DNA of 64,000 bases, taken from NCBI RefSeq assembly GCF_963921235.1, contig NC_086097.1, forward strand, positions 126,668,001 through 126,732,000. The letters are read 5' to 3'. Made by a program: the position numbers and the translations under genes. A model generated the notes under the pieces. The model ran no database searches. It was not told the origin of the DNA and saw only the letters and a program-made list of their open reading frames with translations. Source of the stretch: Mobula hypostoma (lineage: Eukaryota). Positions 50,081-63,196 of the stretch are shown piece after piece (the stretch's first letter is position 1; each line of letters opens with the position of its first letter).

Positions 50081-50719
50081 AATAGCTGTCCAGTTAAAAG
50101 AAAAGGTTGCTCCATAATTCCTCAATAAATGATTATGTCATTAGCACAGAATGGAGAACCCACTGTGCAAATGCTAATAGAGTTTACAAAATAATGAGAG
50201 TATTTAGATTGCATGGCCCAAAAGGAGAGAAGCCACAATTGTTTTCTGATGGCAATGATTTGCAGTAAAGGAGAAAGGAGTGATGGTGGTGTTGGGTAGT
50301 TGAGGAGGTGCAGATTTGCCTAAAACTTTGTGTCTACCATTTTCCTTGGGTCTGCTTGGATATGCCAGATTATAACTGATCCATGTCATACATGGATTTT
50401 CAGTGAAGAACACTAGCCCTTGGTTCTGTTTTCCTAAGTACATTTATTCCTGAGAGTGTTGGGTGGAAGATTTGCCTTTAACCAGGCAGATACTTGACAT
50501 ACTTGGGTCTTTGTTCTACTACCTGCACCATTTAGGAAGGAAATTTCACAACCTAACTGGTGTGCAAGTCACCTTATCGGCAGACTTAGGACACTTGTGT
50601 CTTTGGACAACATTTTCCCATTCTGAGTAGATTAAAAGATCTAGTATTCAAGGTTGCTCAAAGTTATCTGTGTAGGGCAGTAGGTGATTCTTATTCATAC
50701 ATCAGAATGTGGAAGCCCC

Positions 50720-52200
50720 GATGTTATTATCGTTAAGGTGGTGCTGAGTTGCCTGTCTGAACTGCTGCAATGGTTCTGCTGAAGATACCTCCACAGTGCC
50801 GTTGTTTGGGGAACTCCAGGATTTGGAACCAGTCAATGAAAGAATGGAAATGTATTTACGTGTATGGATGGAAGGGAACGTCAATATGGTGGTATTCCAA
50901 TATACTCCAAACCCTTGTCCTCTTTTGGTAATAATGAACGTGAATTTGGGAGAACCAGAGTGCATTTTGTAAATATACACTTTGAAGCCACTGTGTAGAG
51001 ATGATGGAAAGAGTTAATGTTTCAGGTGATAGACTATGATTGGTACCCCATCTATTTTATCCTCGGTGGTCTCAGTCTTGAGCAACATTAGAACTGCATT
51101 CATCGAGATCTATGGATTGATTCCAACACAAATCTGATGTCTTGTAGATAGTGGAAACACATTTGGGCATCGTATGGCAAGCCACTCACTGCAGGATACC
51201 CAACTTCTGGCCTGCTATTGTAACCATGTAATTTATAGGACTTGCTGGTCTATTTGAGCTTCTGATCAGTGGTGACTCCAAGCTGTGTGGATGTAGGAGA
51301 TAGGGTGATGGTAAAGCTATCCATTGTCAAGGGCAGGTGGTTAGAATCTCTCTTGCAATGCATATTGATAGACATTTCTGTGGCGTGAATGTTGCTTGAA
51401 AGTTATCAGCTGAGGCCAAAATCTGTCCAGGTTTAGCTGTGTACAGGCAATGACTGCTTCATTTGCTGAGGAATTGCAAATGAAATTGAACATTATGAAA
51501 TAATTGGGCAGACTCACTCCTAATCTTGCGATGGAAGGAGCACCATTGATGATCGGGATGCAGCTGGGGTGATTAAATTCTAAGAACCAGAACCACCTTC
51601 ATTTTGTGCGAGGGATGACTCCTACTATTGCAGTTTTTACCCTTGGTGCCCATTAATGTTGATGTCTTTGATATCTCTCCTGAATATCAAAATCTGTGAG
51701 GTCTGCAACCAAATGGCCCGAATGTAATCTATTCTGGGTTTTGGTAAGAAATTTATTGTGTCTCAGTATCCCTGGCTAGCATGGTTGATGATGCCATCTA
51801 TGACTTAGATAATAGAATTTGGGCTGAGTTTATGGCATTCAGCTGAATTGGATAAGAGAAGCTTTGTGTGAGCAGGATGAACCTAGCCAATTTTAGAGTA
51901 TCGATCTTCAGTATTACAGTGGCATTATCTGGTCTTATTATCATAATTCTGTTCAGTGTCCTCAGCCATTTCTTCTTACATGGGGTCAGTTGAAATGGCT
52001 GGTCTAGCTTACGAAATGGTGGATGTCTCAGAAGAAATCTAAAATGGATTATACACTAGTAGCTGAAGATGGTTGCCAATGGTTCAGCCTTGTCTTACTT
52101 GCTCCAGTGTTGTGCCCTGTTATCATTAAGGGTATTGATGTTTATGGCTCTGCCTCTTCCGGTTAGATTTTTTTAATTAAACACCACCATTTATAATTAG
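50720..52200 (-). mobile_element. Ancient, highly decayed LINE (CR1/L2 group)
   Basis: Motifs recalled from shark LINEs (aaggtggtg.tgagttgcc...gaactgctgca..., ttgtcaagggcaggtggttaga, tccaggtttagctg); no intact ORF. Confidence 0.45.
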
Positions 52201-53949
52201 ATGCTTGGATCTAATCTGTTGGCAACTCCTTAAAATGCTTTAACTTCCCTTGATTTCTTAATGCATTGATTTAATTTAATTGTGAACATAATGGACTACC
52301 ATAATCAAAATTAATATTCAGTGAACTTTCACTTAAAATCATAGGTATGTTATGCCAAATCCAATGCATGTAAGTGTTACCAAATAAATTTTGACTTAAA
52401 TGAATCTGGACAGCACTTTCAACTTTGGAGGAGAAGACATTTCTTCACCCAGAAGTTGATGAATATTTGAAATTTGTGGCCCATGGATACTGAGATGTTA
52501 AATACACCCCAGATTCGTATTGTGGATTTACCATGCCGAAGGGAAATGGGAATTGTGTTTGACAGTTGACTTGAGAAGCTTGGCCGTGATCTTACTTGAA
52601 TAATCGAGTTAAGCTGAAGGGTTAGGCTGGCCAGTTCTTTCTACTCTTCTGTTGAAAATGCAAACTGTAGTTGTTGGTAGCTAACTTAGTGCTTTTGAAA
52701 CTTTTGTAAAAAGGGGAAAACACTGTAGCAGAAAGTCAGGTTGATGGACACTGATTAGCCATATCAGTCTGTATCTAATTAGTGGTATCATAGTAGCACG
52801 AGAGCTGAAATTTTTGCAGTTGTTCAGCTAACCTTCGCTCAGCCGACCATCTCCTGCCATGTCTAGCAGCAGATGTTCTGCTCAGTGGGTGAGTGCTGCT
52901 ACAGTCTAACATTGTGTACAGATACAAACTTGATAACTTTTTTGACCTAATCATTTTTATGACAGATGAAAATGGCTTCAGTTTTGACTTATTCATGTAA
53001 ATGTAACAAAATTCCAGATGTCAATTTTTTTTGTTCGTTTCATAGAAGTAAGACAGCTTGGAAGCAGATCCTTGGGCCCAATTTGTCCATGATCCCAAAA
53101 GTTTCATTTGCATATGTTTGGCCCATATCCCCCTAAATCTTTCCTATCCATGCACCTATCCAAATATCTTTTTAAATATTGTAATTGTACCCACACGCAT
53201 CACTTACTTGGGCAGCTTGTTCCATTGACTACTTGCTGATTTAAAAAGAATCTGAAAGATGAATCCAAATAATTCATGAACAGAACAACACCTTTGCCAA
53301 AAAAGTGCTTCATTTTTTCTGCTAAGACATGTCATTTGCTGCTTTGATTAAGTAAAAGTGGTTGTGCTTCATTGCAAATGGACCACATATTTTCACCAGA
53401 AAGATGGCACGTGATATAAATTAAAGGGAAACTACACTGAAATATTTACATCATTTATATATCCCTTTAATTGTGCCATCAAGCCAACCCCTGCCATATT
53501 CAGAGATGAGTACAGCTATAACTATTATTCTTCATTACTTTCATATCATTGTATGCTGGCATAAGTTTCTTCTGTTGCAAGATGAAATGACAAACAAATT
53601 TGTGTCAATTTAATTACTAAAAAGGGTTAAAGTTATAGAATCAATATCACAGTTGCTGTAAACATTTTAAAGGCAATATGTTTTTTATCAATATGTGCAA
53701 TCTTTCTATCCATTTTCCTGTAACTAACAGTATTTCTTTTCATGGTTTTCCATAAAACATTCTTCTGTCAACTTGATCTCTGTTTGGACATAACCAAGTT
53801 ATAATTCCAAAAAAAAACCCTATGTGCCTTTCTTTAATTGGGATTTGTTAATAGCTAAGTATACCTCCAATTAAAAGATTTTGCTTTACAACAGCATTCT
53901 AATGCTGAGAAGCCTGACCCTACAAGCTTCCAAGACAAATAATAAAATT

Positions 53950-54535
53950 TGGAGACTGATGGCTAACTTGTTAGTTCATTAGTCTGGGATTGAGTTCAAG
54001 AGCCATAGGGTAATGTTGCAGCTCTACAAAACTCTTGTCACATCATTATAGGAAGGATGTGGAAGTTTTAGTGAGAATGCAGAGGAGATTTACCAGGATG
54101 CTGCTTGGATTAGAGAACATGTTTTGTGAGGAAAAATTTGAGTAAGCTGGGAAATTTTCTCTTTGCAGCAAAGAAGGATGAGAGGTGATCTTGATAGAGG
54201 CATATACTGTGATAAGAAGCATAGATAGAGTGGGCAGCCAGCCCCTTTCTCCCAGGATGGAAATGGCTAATATGAGAGGGCATCATTTTACAATGATTGT
54301 CTAAAATATCTATGACATCCCTCTATATTTTTCTCCACAGTGGTGGGTGTGTGGAGTGTGCTGTCTGGGATGGTGGAAGAGCCAGATACATAAGAGACAT
54401 TTAAGAGATTTGAATAAATGAAAGAAATGGAGAACTATGTGGGAGCAAAGCATTAGATTGACCTTGGAGTAGTTTAAAAGGTTGGCACAGCATTGTGGGT
54501 CAATGGACCTGTTCTGTGCAATGCTCTGCTATGTT
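53950..54535 (+). mobile_element. CR1 LINE 3' fragment
   Basis: gggattgagttcaagagc..., aggagatttaccaggatgctg, aggatgagaggtga and a CR1 3' UTR. Confidence 0.78.
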
Positions 54536-55138
54536 AATCCTCAAAGAAAGAATTTGATAACTGGAATCACTTGTGTTAACAATTTTTAATGCCATTTAAA
54601 TGACTAGGTGAAGGGTGCAGTTTTTCTGTGTTGCCTTTCACACATAGTAGCAGCAAACACTTGATGGGCAGTAATAGAAACTTGCAGTGGCCCTATTGAT
54701 GGGAGAATTGATTGAAAACCAATCTTCTGCTTTCACTTGTGATAAAGGCGCTAACAATATAGAGTCCTTTAGATCTCTAGAAGATACCTTAAGACACTTT
54801 CACCCAATTTCTTCTAGGCTTTCAGTTTTCCCAACAGTTCATTCAGTGAAGTTAAATATGGCAGTATATTAAATCTCTTAGTAAATATACCTAATCATTA
54901 ACTGTTTTGGTGTAATCATTGAATAACTGATGAGAAATAATTTTGCTATAACAATTACACATAGTAACTAAGATACTAAATTAAGTGAATAGTTGCTTGA
55001 AATGAAAAGATTTTCTGAAAGAATAATTGTATATAAAGCAATTTGTTTTATAAATATAATTTTAAATATCTTCATTTTTGGCCTAAAGCTAAAACTTTGA
55101 GATGTGAAAATATGATTATGTTCTATCTTAACATTTAG

Positions 55139-58100
55139 GCAACCAATATGATTAAGCAGACACATACTGCTCATAAAGACATTTTGCAAGAAAAAGAATC
55201 TCTGCTGCTGAAGATCAAACTCTTGGAACAGGATAAGGCAAGGCTTCAACGTTATGAAGATGAACTAAGTAGAGTAAAGGCACTCCTTGAAGCTGAATCC
55301 CGCATGAAGCAGCGACTTCAGGATGAAGTCGATATCATCAGAACTGACATAAGCTACTGGAAGAATCAGGCAGAAGTGCAACAGTTAGAAAAGGGCAAAT
55401 CAAATAGTGAGTTTGAGCGTTTGAAAGCTGAGCTAGAGAGACTGCAAGCAGAACTGAGAATGACTGAAGAAAGATACAGACGGAAGCTTGAGGATAGTGA
55501 AAGAGCGAAGAGGATGGAGCTGGAAGCACTTGAAGCCAAAACAAAATTAGAAATTGAAAAGCTCAGTCAGACACTGCCAACTTTCAACAGACATGCTCAA
55601 ACAGGTAATATGGTTGTGGTTGATTCTGCAAAACTTTTGTTTGATGGAATCCGTAAAAAGGTTACAGCAACCCAGTTGTATGATTGCCAGCTAATAGATG
55701 AATCAACTTTAGAAAAGCTGCTGAGAGGAGAAAGAACTTTGATGGATGTTTCCAACGACATTAATGTGAATCTTCATGGGTTGGAGAGTATAGCTGGAGT
55801 CTATTCACAGTCAAATGGAAAAAAACTCTCAATATCTGAGGCAGCAAAAGAGAATATCATTAGTCCTGATGAGGCTATATCACTTTTGGAAGCACAGGCA
55901 GCTACTGGATTCATCATTGATCCACACAGAAACAAAAGGGTGACTGTGGATGAAGCTGTTGCAACAGGCCTTGTGGATCATAAAGACAGGGACAAACTCC
56001 TGGTAGCAGAAAAGGCTGTAACTGGATTTAAAGACCCATTCACAGGAAAGGTTATCTCACTATTTGAAGCAATGAAGAAGAATATCATTGACAAGGTGAC
56101 AGGCCTTCGCTTGTTACAGGCACAGATTGCAGCAGGTGGAATAGTTGACTCAATTAACAGTGTGTATTTGCCAAAAGAGCTGGCATATAAACGTGGGCTG
56201 GTTGATGCAGAAATGTATCAAAAGCTTACATCTCCTTTTGATGAATCAAAAATCTTTGTTGATCCAAACACAGATTCCAAAGTTTCCTATCAGCAGCTGA
56301 AATTAAACTGCAGAACAGATCCTGGGACAGATTTATTACTTTTGCCTTTGCAAAAGTCAGAAATGGAATTACCAGGAATCAGAGCACCTGTTCTACTGCA
56401 GGATCTTGTAAATGCCCAGATTATAGATAGAAAAACAGCAGACCAACTTAAACATGGACGGCTCACGATAGATGATGTTGCTGCCCAGTACAAGGGCTAC
56501 CTGCAAGGTGACAGTTGTATTGCAGGAGTGTTTGTTGAAGCCACACAGGAAACACTGCCAATCTATCAAGCCATGAGGAAGAGCTTGATTAGACAAGGCA
56601 CAGCCCTTGAGCTACTAGAAGCCCAGGCAGCCACAGGTCATATAATTGATCCAATTAATAACCAAAAGCTAACTGTTGAGGAAGCTGTTGCAAAGAAACT
56701 CATAGGTGTGGAGTTCAAAACAAAACTACTTTCAGCAGAGAGGGCTGTTACTGGTTACAAGGATCCTGAAACTGGGAAGATCATCTCGTTGTTTCAGGCA
56801 ATGCAAAAAGACTTGATTGAACACAATCATGGAATTCGCTTACTTGAAGCCCAAATTGCCACTGGTGGAATTATTGATCCAACGCACAGCCATCGCCTGC
56901 CAGTTGATGTTGCTTACAAGCGTAATTACTTCAACAAAGAATTGAATGAAATTCTGATTGATCCCAGTGATGACTCCAAAGGCTTCTTTGATCCCAACAC
57001 AGAAGAGAATTTGACTTATCTTCAATTAAAGGATCGGTGCTTTACTGATAAAGTCACGGGCCTTTGTTTATTGCCTCTAAAGCAAAAGAAAAAGGAGTCT
57101 ACAACTTCCAGGTCATCTGCAGTAAGAAAGCGTAGAGTAGTCGTTGTGGATCCTGAAACAGACCGAGAAATGTCAGTACGCGAGGCATATCACAAAGACC
57201 TGATAGATTATGAGACTTTCCTTGAACTTTCTGAACAGGAGGCAGAGTGGGAAGAGATAACAATTAAAGGATCAGATGGAAGTACCAAAACAGTGGTTGT
57301 TGACAGGAAAACTGGAAATCAGTATGACATTGAAGAATTGTTACAGAGAGGCATAATTGACAAGAAGAGTTATGACGACTACCGGGCTGGAGCTCTGACA
57401 CTTTCACAGTTTGTGGATTTGTTTACTGATAAGGATAATCTTACTGCATCTAAAGTGAGCAGTGTAATGAACAGTAGTCCAATTCCATCACTAAGTTTAA
57501 AACAGCCTTTTGATTCTTTGGAGGATGCTTCTCCCATTGCCGCCATCTTTGATGTTGAAACATTGGAAAAAATAACAATTTCTGAAGCCATGTGTCGCAA
57601 TATTGTTGATACAATTACAGGGCAGAGGCTTCTAGAAGCCCAGGCCTGTACAGGAGGTATAATAAATCCTGGAACTGGTCAGAAGCTATCCATTCAAGAT
57701 GCTATATACCAATGCATCATTGATGAAGAAATGGGAAAGCGGTTAAAACCGGCCCAGAAAGCTTTTGTCGGTTTTGACGACGTGAAGAACAAGAAAAGAC
57801 TCTCTGCAGCAGAAGCAATGCAAGAGAATTGGCTGCCACATGAAGCTGGGCAACGTTTCCTCGAGTACCAGTGTGCTACAGGTGGACTTGTCGTGCCAAA
57901 TGTTGCAGGACGAATTACCATTGATGAAGCATTAAGGAGAGGCTTGGTTAATGCCAAATCAGCTCAGAAACTGCAGGATAGCAGCAGTTACTCAAAATGT
58001 ATGACTTGTCCCAAAACAAAATTGAAGATTTCATATAAGGAGGCAGTAGATCGTTCAATGGTTGAAGACAAGACTGGCCTGCGGCTGTTAGAAGCGACAT

Positions 58101-58279
58101 CGTTTTCTACCAAAGGAATTAATAGTGCATACAATACAGGTGGTTTCTCTGGACCAGGTTCCCGACCAGGTTCCCGTTCAAGCTCAAGAAGTGGGTCAAG
58201 ACGAGGAAGTTTTGATGCCAGCTCTTCCATTTTAACTAGTAGTCATATAACCATTAAATCCTCTTCTATTATACATTAA
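55139..58279 (+). CDS. DSP: DSP exon 24 equivalent: rod end, plakin repeat domains A, B, linker, C and GSR tail, with stop codon
   Basis: acatttag|GCA ACC AAT ATG...CAT TAA; 1046 codons. PRD A about 55620-56350, PRD B about 56360-57080, linker [17 protein letters not shown] about 57520-58095, then GSRRGSFDA. Confidence 0.98.
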   Translation, partial: ATNMIKQTHTAHKDILQEKESLLLKIKLLEQDKARLQRYEDELSRVKALLEAESRMKQRLQDEVDIIRTDISYWKNQAEVQQLEKGKSNSEFERLKAELERLQAELRMTEERYRRKLEDSERAKRMELEALEAKTKLEIEKLSQTLPTFNRHAQTGNMVVVDSAKLLFDGIRKKVTATQLYDCQLIDESTLEKLLRGERTLMDVSNDINVNLHGLESIAGVYSQSNGKKLSISEAAKENIISPDEAISLLEAQAATGFIIDPHRNKRVTVDEAVATGLVDHKDRDKLLVAEKAVTGFKDPFTGKVISLFEAMKKNIIDKVTGLRLLQAQIAAGGIVDSINSVYLPKELAYKRGLVDAEMYQKLTSPFDESKIFVDPNTDSKVSYQQLKLNCRTDPGTDLLLLPLQKSEMELPGIRAPVLLQDLVNAQIIDRKTADQLKHGRLTIDDVAAQYKGYLQGDSCIAGVFVEATQETLPIYQAMRKSLIRQGTALELLEAQAATGHIIDPINNQKLTVEEAVAKKLIGVEFKTKLLSAERAVTGYKDPETGKIISLFQAMQKDLIEHNHGIRLLEAQIATGGIIDPTHSHRLPVDVAYKRNYFNKELNEILIDPSDDSKGFFDPNTEENLTYLQLKDRCFTDKVTGLCLLPLKQKKKESTTSRSSAVRKRRVVVVDPETDREMSVREAYHKDLIDYETFLELSEQEAEWEEITIKGSDGSTKTVVVDRKTGNQYDIEELLQRGIIDKKSYDDYRAGALTLSQFVDLFTDKDNLTASKVSSVMNSSPIPSLSLKQPFDSLEDASPIAAIFDVETLEKITISEAMCRNIVDTITGQRLLEAQACTGGIINPGTGQKLSIQDAIYQCIIDEEMGKRLKPAQKAFVGFDDVKNKKRLSAAEAMQENWLPHEAGQRFLEYQCATGGLVVPNVAGRITIDEALRRGLVNAKSAQKLQDSSSYSKCMTCPKTKLKISYKEAVDRSMVEDKTGLRLLEATSFSTKGINSAYNTGGFSGPGSRPGSRSSSRSGSRRGSFDASSSILTSSHITIKSSSIIH

Positions 58280-58404
58280 TCATTTGTTACTAGTATCCAA
58301 GTATGGTAGTTTTTGAAATGTGTGGAAGATCCAAATTTATATTCTTTTCAAATGCTTTCAAATATAGCTGATTCATACATTGGTGCCCTGTTAAGATCAT
58401 TATC

Positions 58405-59270
58405 AAAATCAGAATCAGAATCACTTTATTGCCGGTATGTAAAATGTACCAGAATTGATGGTGGTTCAGTGTCAAGCATAAAACACAGGACAATATCATA
58501 ACAGACAACACCATAGAAGCCAACAGTTTACCAGGACAATAGTGCAAACAGTCATGAGCAATCAACTGTTATCAGAAATGTCAATGATTAAACGTGTAAA
58601 TGTAAACAAGGGCTCAGTCATTCTCAGCATTAGGAGGAGAGCAGGAAGGACCATTTAACAGATGTTGTGCAGGAACAATTGGGGTATTACACCTGCATGA
58701 GTTTTGTTGAAAAGCTGGATAGCTCCAGGAAAGAAACTTCAGAGATGATGTGTAGTCATGTTGGTGATAGACTTGCAGCATTCTTCCTGTTGGCAATTTG
58801 GTGAATAGGTGATTGCTATAGCATGGATGGAGTCAACAGTAAATTTTTTTTCAGCTCTTTTCTTCACTCTGGCGATGAACATGTCGGGTAGCTGACAGCC
58901 AATGATCTTCACCTGAGTGGACCAATCACTGTAACCTGGATTTGGAGAGGAGGAGGTGGTGGGAGACCAAACGATGGTGGAGGTGGTCACAACACTCTTA
59001 ATGATGAGAGTTAAAATTCATCAGGATATGCCTGAAGATATTAAGTTTCCCAAGCTGGCGTAGGAAGAACAAAAATCGCCGCTGGGTGTACTGGTCCCAC
59101 TTCAATGTATTGGTAATGGTAGTTCCCAAGAATTTGAATGACTTGACCACAAACACAGCCTGACCATTTGTTTCCAAGGTTGAGGGGAGAGGGACAGGTA
59201 GGGGGTTGCTGAAAGATAATCCTCATTTCCACTGTCTTGATAGCACCAAGTTGTTAGAAGCACAGCCTGC
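58405..59270 (-). mobile_element. Rex1-type LINE fragment in the presumed DSP 3' UTR
   Basis: Tail (aatcag)n-tttatt; remnants TTSTIVW, RVKKRAEK and LPTGR. Confidence 0.6.
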
Positions 59271-59766
59271 TGCAAGATGGTCTACCTCTCTTCGATAGCA
59301 AGTCCCATCATTATTAGAGATGAGACCAACTACAGTTGAGTCATACACAAACTAGAATTTTCATGCATTTGTCTGTGGAGGTACAGTTTGTGCGAAATGT
59401 TAACCAGAGTTACAATTGAGTAACCAAATCCAAAGGTTGCTGATACAATGAGGAAATTTAACGTAAAACCCTTGCCAGAAGAGACTTCTCTTTCACAGTT
59501 AATATTGTCCAACAGTTTCAAAGTTACAGAGGATCGTGCCAATAAAGTGGGCTGTTAAATATCTCAATTCTTTGTATAGAACTAATTGAGGTTTCAGTTT
59601 GTTTCATACTAAATTTTCTATAGATTTAAAAACTAATTGATCTTAACTTGGCTTCATTGTATTTACTGTATGTAATCTTATGGGATATTTTAGCAGGTGC
59701 AAAGGAAATTATACTTTTTCTAATGTTTTGATGAATATTCAGTACATGGCCAAAAACATCTGTGTT

Positions 59767-59772
59767 AATAAA
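59767..59772 (+). terminator. Candidate polyadenylation signal of DSP (alternative AATAAA at 59541-59546)
   Basis: AATAAA followed by GT/T-rich sequence (gtgtatgtatttttctttt); implies a 3' UTR of about 1.5 kb. Confidence 0.45.
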
Positions 59773-60952
59773 AAAAAGTTTCTTTAAAACTTGCTGAATG
59801 AAGTGTATGTATTTTTCTTTTCATGTTCTTAGTATTGTGACTATTTAAAGATATACAATCATTTGATTATTGAAAAGTTGCATGTGCAGGCAAATACACA
59901 TCAAATCTTACAAGTGGAGACTGAGCAAGTGAAAAAAATACTCAATTTCTTGAAATGTATACCAACTAAGATGAAGCGGCTTCTGTGTTGCTAACTGGGT
60001 GAATAGTTAGCCTGTACTTAATTTTGAGTAGGTCATTATTTCAGAATTCAATGCAGCAATTTAAAAAAAAAGTAAACTTTACATAACTGGAATTTCCAGG
60101 TGGTTTCACTAAGTGTTGATAGAATCTCTGGAGTAAAGCTGTAAACTTGCAGCTCCGTGGAGAGTCAAAACAGATCATGTTCAGATTCATTTACTTATCA
60201 CATGTACATCAAAACATACAGTGAAATACATCATTTATGGTTTTAAAAAAAAACAACACTCAAGGTGTACTGGGGCAGCCCGTCATGCTCAGCAGACCTT
60301 TTCCCCACATGGTCTCCTTCTCATTCAATTCCAGGCCTCAAATCTTTGTTCACTGGGCTTTGACTGCTGAACTTCTGATTGACCTCAGGGCTTCAATCTT
60401 TAGTATCAACCCCAGACGAGCTGAGGACGGGACCCTGAACCCTGGGATTTGTTGGGCTTTGTGCTATCTCATCCCTTTTGTTTGAATAGGCATCCAATAT
60501 GGGAACTCCCTGACATTAGAAACTAGGAAAAGATCAAAAAGTGATACAGGACAAAAGGATTTGGGGCAGCATTGGGGAAAGACGCAATCAATTTCCCCGG
60601 GGAAAGAATTTGGATAATGGGAGATTTAGAAAATTAAAGCAAAAGCATAAGAATGAATGAGAATTAGTATGATAGAGCATTGAATAAGATTGCAGCAACA
60701 AATAGGGTCAGTGAAATGGTTAATAGAAGGTTCTATCAGATAAAAAAAATAAAACAAGCTTTAACAAAGGACTATATTCAATTTGATAAATTCAGGTTTA
60801 AAAGTTGGGTGTCAAAGAAAGTTGCATGCTAGATAAGAAAGGCAAGCTGGCTAAAGCAGATAGGATATTAGGTTAAGGCTGAAGACTTATTTACACAAGA
60901 TATAGGAGCAGAACAAGGCTATACAGTCTGTCAAAACTAATTTGCCATTGAG

Positions 60953-61783
60953 CGTTACATACCCCGTAACTGGGTTGCCAAACAAGCAGAAATGGACCAC
61001 TTAGTTGGAGTCTGGATTACTGGAACTAAGAAAGTTTTATTAAAGAAATAAATAACACAGTACTCTAATCCTAAGGATATAAATGCAATGGGTTAGCAAT
61101 GATAAAACACACATGTACACAGAACTAGGATAATAGGAATCAATCAAGCTCTATCGCTGTCTAGGGGTAAAATGATCAGTCTCAAGTGATGCAGAGTTCA
61201 GTTCAGCTTAGTACAGTTTGCAGCAATCGCTGTTGTGCCGTTGGAGAGAGAGAGAGAGAGAGCGAATGATATGCAAATTGGATTCAAACAGACCTTTGAT
61301 ATTCCTCGCAGTTAGCTTTCGGGCAAGCCCTTTTTAATGTCTTCTGAGGTCACCGACTGTGACCCCTCCATTCCGGATACATTCATTCTTCCGCGGTGAA
61401 CCCGGCACCCAGGTAAGGGCGACACACACACCAGGTTCCAGCAGATTATACCTTTTCACCCTGTGCGTCTATGGTCGATCCCGCGATCAGACCGCCAAAA
61501 CTCTCACCAACTTGTGGGGGAACACTGCACTTCCAGGGTCTCATTATCTCGTGATCTCGTGGTGTCTGTCTTGCCTTAGCGAACCTGTTCCTTTTATCCC
61601 CCTGCTGGGGTATCGCCTGTCCATCAAACTTCAAACAGTTCAGGTTCAAAGCAACCGGTCTGTCAATACTCGGAACTGTGTCACTTTTTGTTAATCTCTC
61701 TCGTCTCTCATTAACATTTTGAATGCTTCTCCCTTATCTCTCTTATTTGCACCAATCTTCTGATAACTTGGTCCTTCGTCACA
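60953..61783 (-). mobile_element. Solo LTR, Gypsy-like (831 bp, 4-bp TSD)
   Basis: Termini (C/T)GTTAC...GTCACA; TGAG at 60949-60952 and 61784-61787; antisense AATAAA; internal (GA)n; splits a minus-strand CR1 3' end (about 60895-60950 and 61788-62040). Confidence 0.8.
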
Positions 61784-62183
61784 TGAGTCATACCTGATTT
61801 TCTTCAACCACATTCTCCTGCCTTCTCCCTATGATCCTTGGCCTCCCTCAAATCAAGAAGCTATCAATCTTTGACTTAACTACACCCAATGACTTGGCCT
61901 TCATGACCCTCCATGGCAATTAATTCCACAGACTCCCCTCCCTCTGGCTGAAGAAATTCTTACTCATCTCAGTTTTAAAAGGACATCCCTTGATTCTGAG
62001 AATGTGCCCTTGGATCCTACACTTTTCTATTAATGGAAACATATTTAAAGATGTATTTCAAAATTTCCGACAAAGATCCATTATGGAGAAATAAAGAGAA
62101 TTGCAGCTTATCATTCACGGCTTAATAAAGAATGGAATTAGTCTGAAATTAAAGTATATGTTAATAAGCAAAGATTGCTAGTA

Positions 62184-63196
62184 CAGTGAAACCCCGTTAT
62201 AACACGATCGTTTGGGTCCATAAAATGTCATCGCGAAAAAAAGTGGGGTCGCGCTAAATCAGGGGGGTTGTTACTGCAGAAATTAGAACACAAATTAATT
62301 TTTAGTAAAGCTTTTTAATACACAAAACAACAAATAAAAACATTCAAGAATATTAGCAATCTCTCTCCTCACCCTATTACTGCTATCTTTGGACTACCTA
62401 AATTTCTAGTAATCTTTCCCCTTCAGCCCGTAGAATGATTGCATTTCTTACTTTAATGGCGAAAAGATGTATTTTACAACATTGGAAAGAGCTTAATGCT
62501 CCAACTACCTTTTTTTGGTTTTCTCAGACGATTTTATGTTTGAATTTGGAGAAAATTAGAAGTAACCTTTATGATTCTTCATTTAAATTTGAACAGATTT
62601 GGGGACCTTTTATTCGATATTTTCATTTAATGTAATATTTACCCTTGTTTTTTTTTCACTGTTTTTAATGGAGGTCGGGATTGAGGACGTGATTTTAAGT
62701 TTAACTCTGTTTGGTTTCAAGTTAGCCCATTGCTTTGCTTTGCTTTTAGTTAGTTGCACGGTGGGGTTTTTTTTGGGGGTTTTTTTTTCTTTTTTTTCCA
62801 TTGATATATATAAAATTTAGTATACTATTATGTTATCTTGGTTTCTTATGTTTAAATTACATTGTAGTATTTTTTTTGGTATTGATACCTTTTGGAATTT
62901 TATTATACTTTAACATTGTATTAATGTTTATATGGCTTACCTTTTTTGTATACTTATTCAATAAAAAGATTTAAAAAGAAAGAAAGAATATTAGCAATCA
63001 TTTACAGTTTATTTCTTTAAAAAGTGATCGAGTGTTCCTTGTTTCTCTGCCTCATGCACATCTTCCTCTGTGAAGCGGTACAAATCTGGCTGGAGAAGGG
63101 GGGAGTATGGATTGACATAGACATGGAGTCCAATGACTCATCGTGTTATATCCAAATTTGCGTTAAATTGGGGCGCGTAAAATCAGGATTTCACTG
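62184..63196. mobile_element. Tigger/pogo-like MITE carrying an L1 insertion
   Basis: TA|CAGTGAAACCCCG ... GGATTTCACTG|TA terminal inverted repeats. Confidence 0.75.
62362..62983 (+). mobile_element. 5'-truncated L1/Tx1-type LINE with a 16-bp TSD
   Basis: IAFLTLMAKRCILQHWKELNAPT...LNLEKIR...WGPFIRYF; aataaaaagatttaaaaagaaag tail; aagaatattagcaatc at 62346-62361 and 62984-62999. Confidence 0.9.

Larger units (their letters stand above)
1109..58279 (+). other. DSP: Desmoplakin (DSP or DSP-like) gene span, coding exons 2-24; 5' end is upstream of the window
   Basis: 23 GT-AG exons join in one frame (7861 nt). They encode plakin spectrin repeats, an SH3 region (KALCDYKQDQ...VPSVCLLIPPPNP), a coiled-coil rod, three plakin repeat domains (LLEAQAATG motifs) and a GSRRGSFDA tail. 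Most exon sizes equal the recalled human DSP sizes (129,162,105,96,126,155,127,202,139,194,163,84,108,99). Confidence 0.96.

Noticed and set aside
45793..58230. Short minus-strand ORFs within exons 23 and 24
   Set aside because: They are antisense shadows of the DSP coding sequence, with no independent coding signal.
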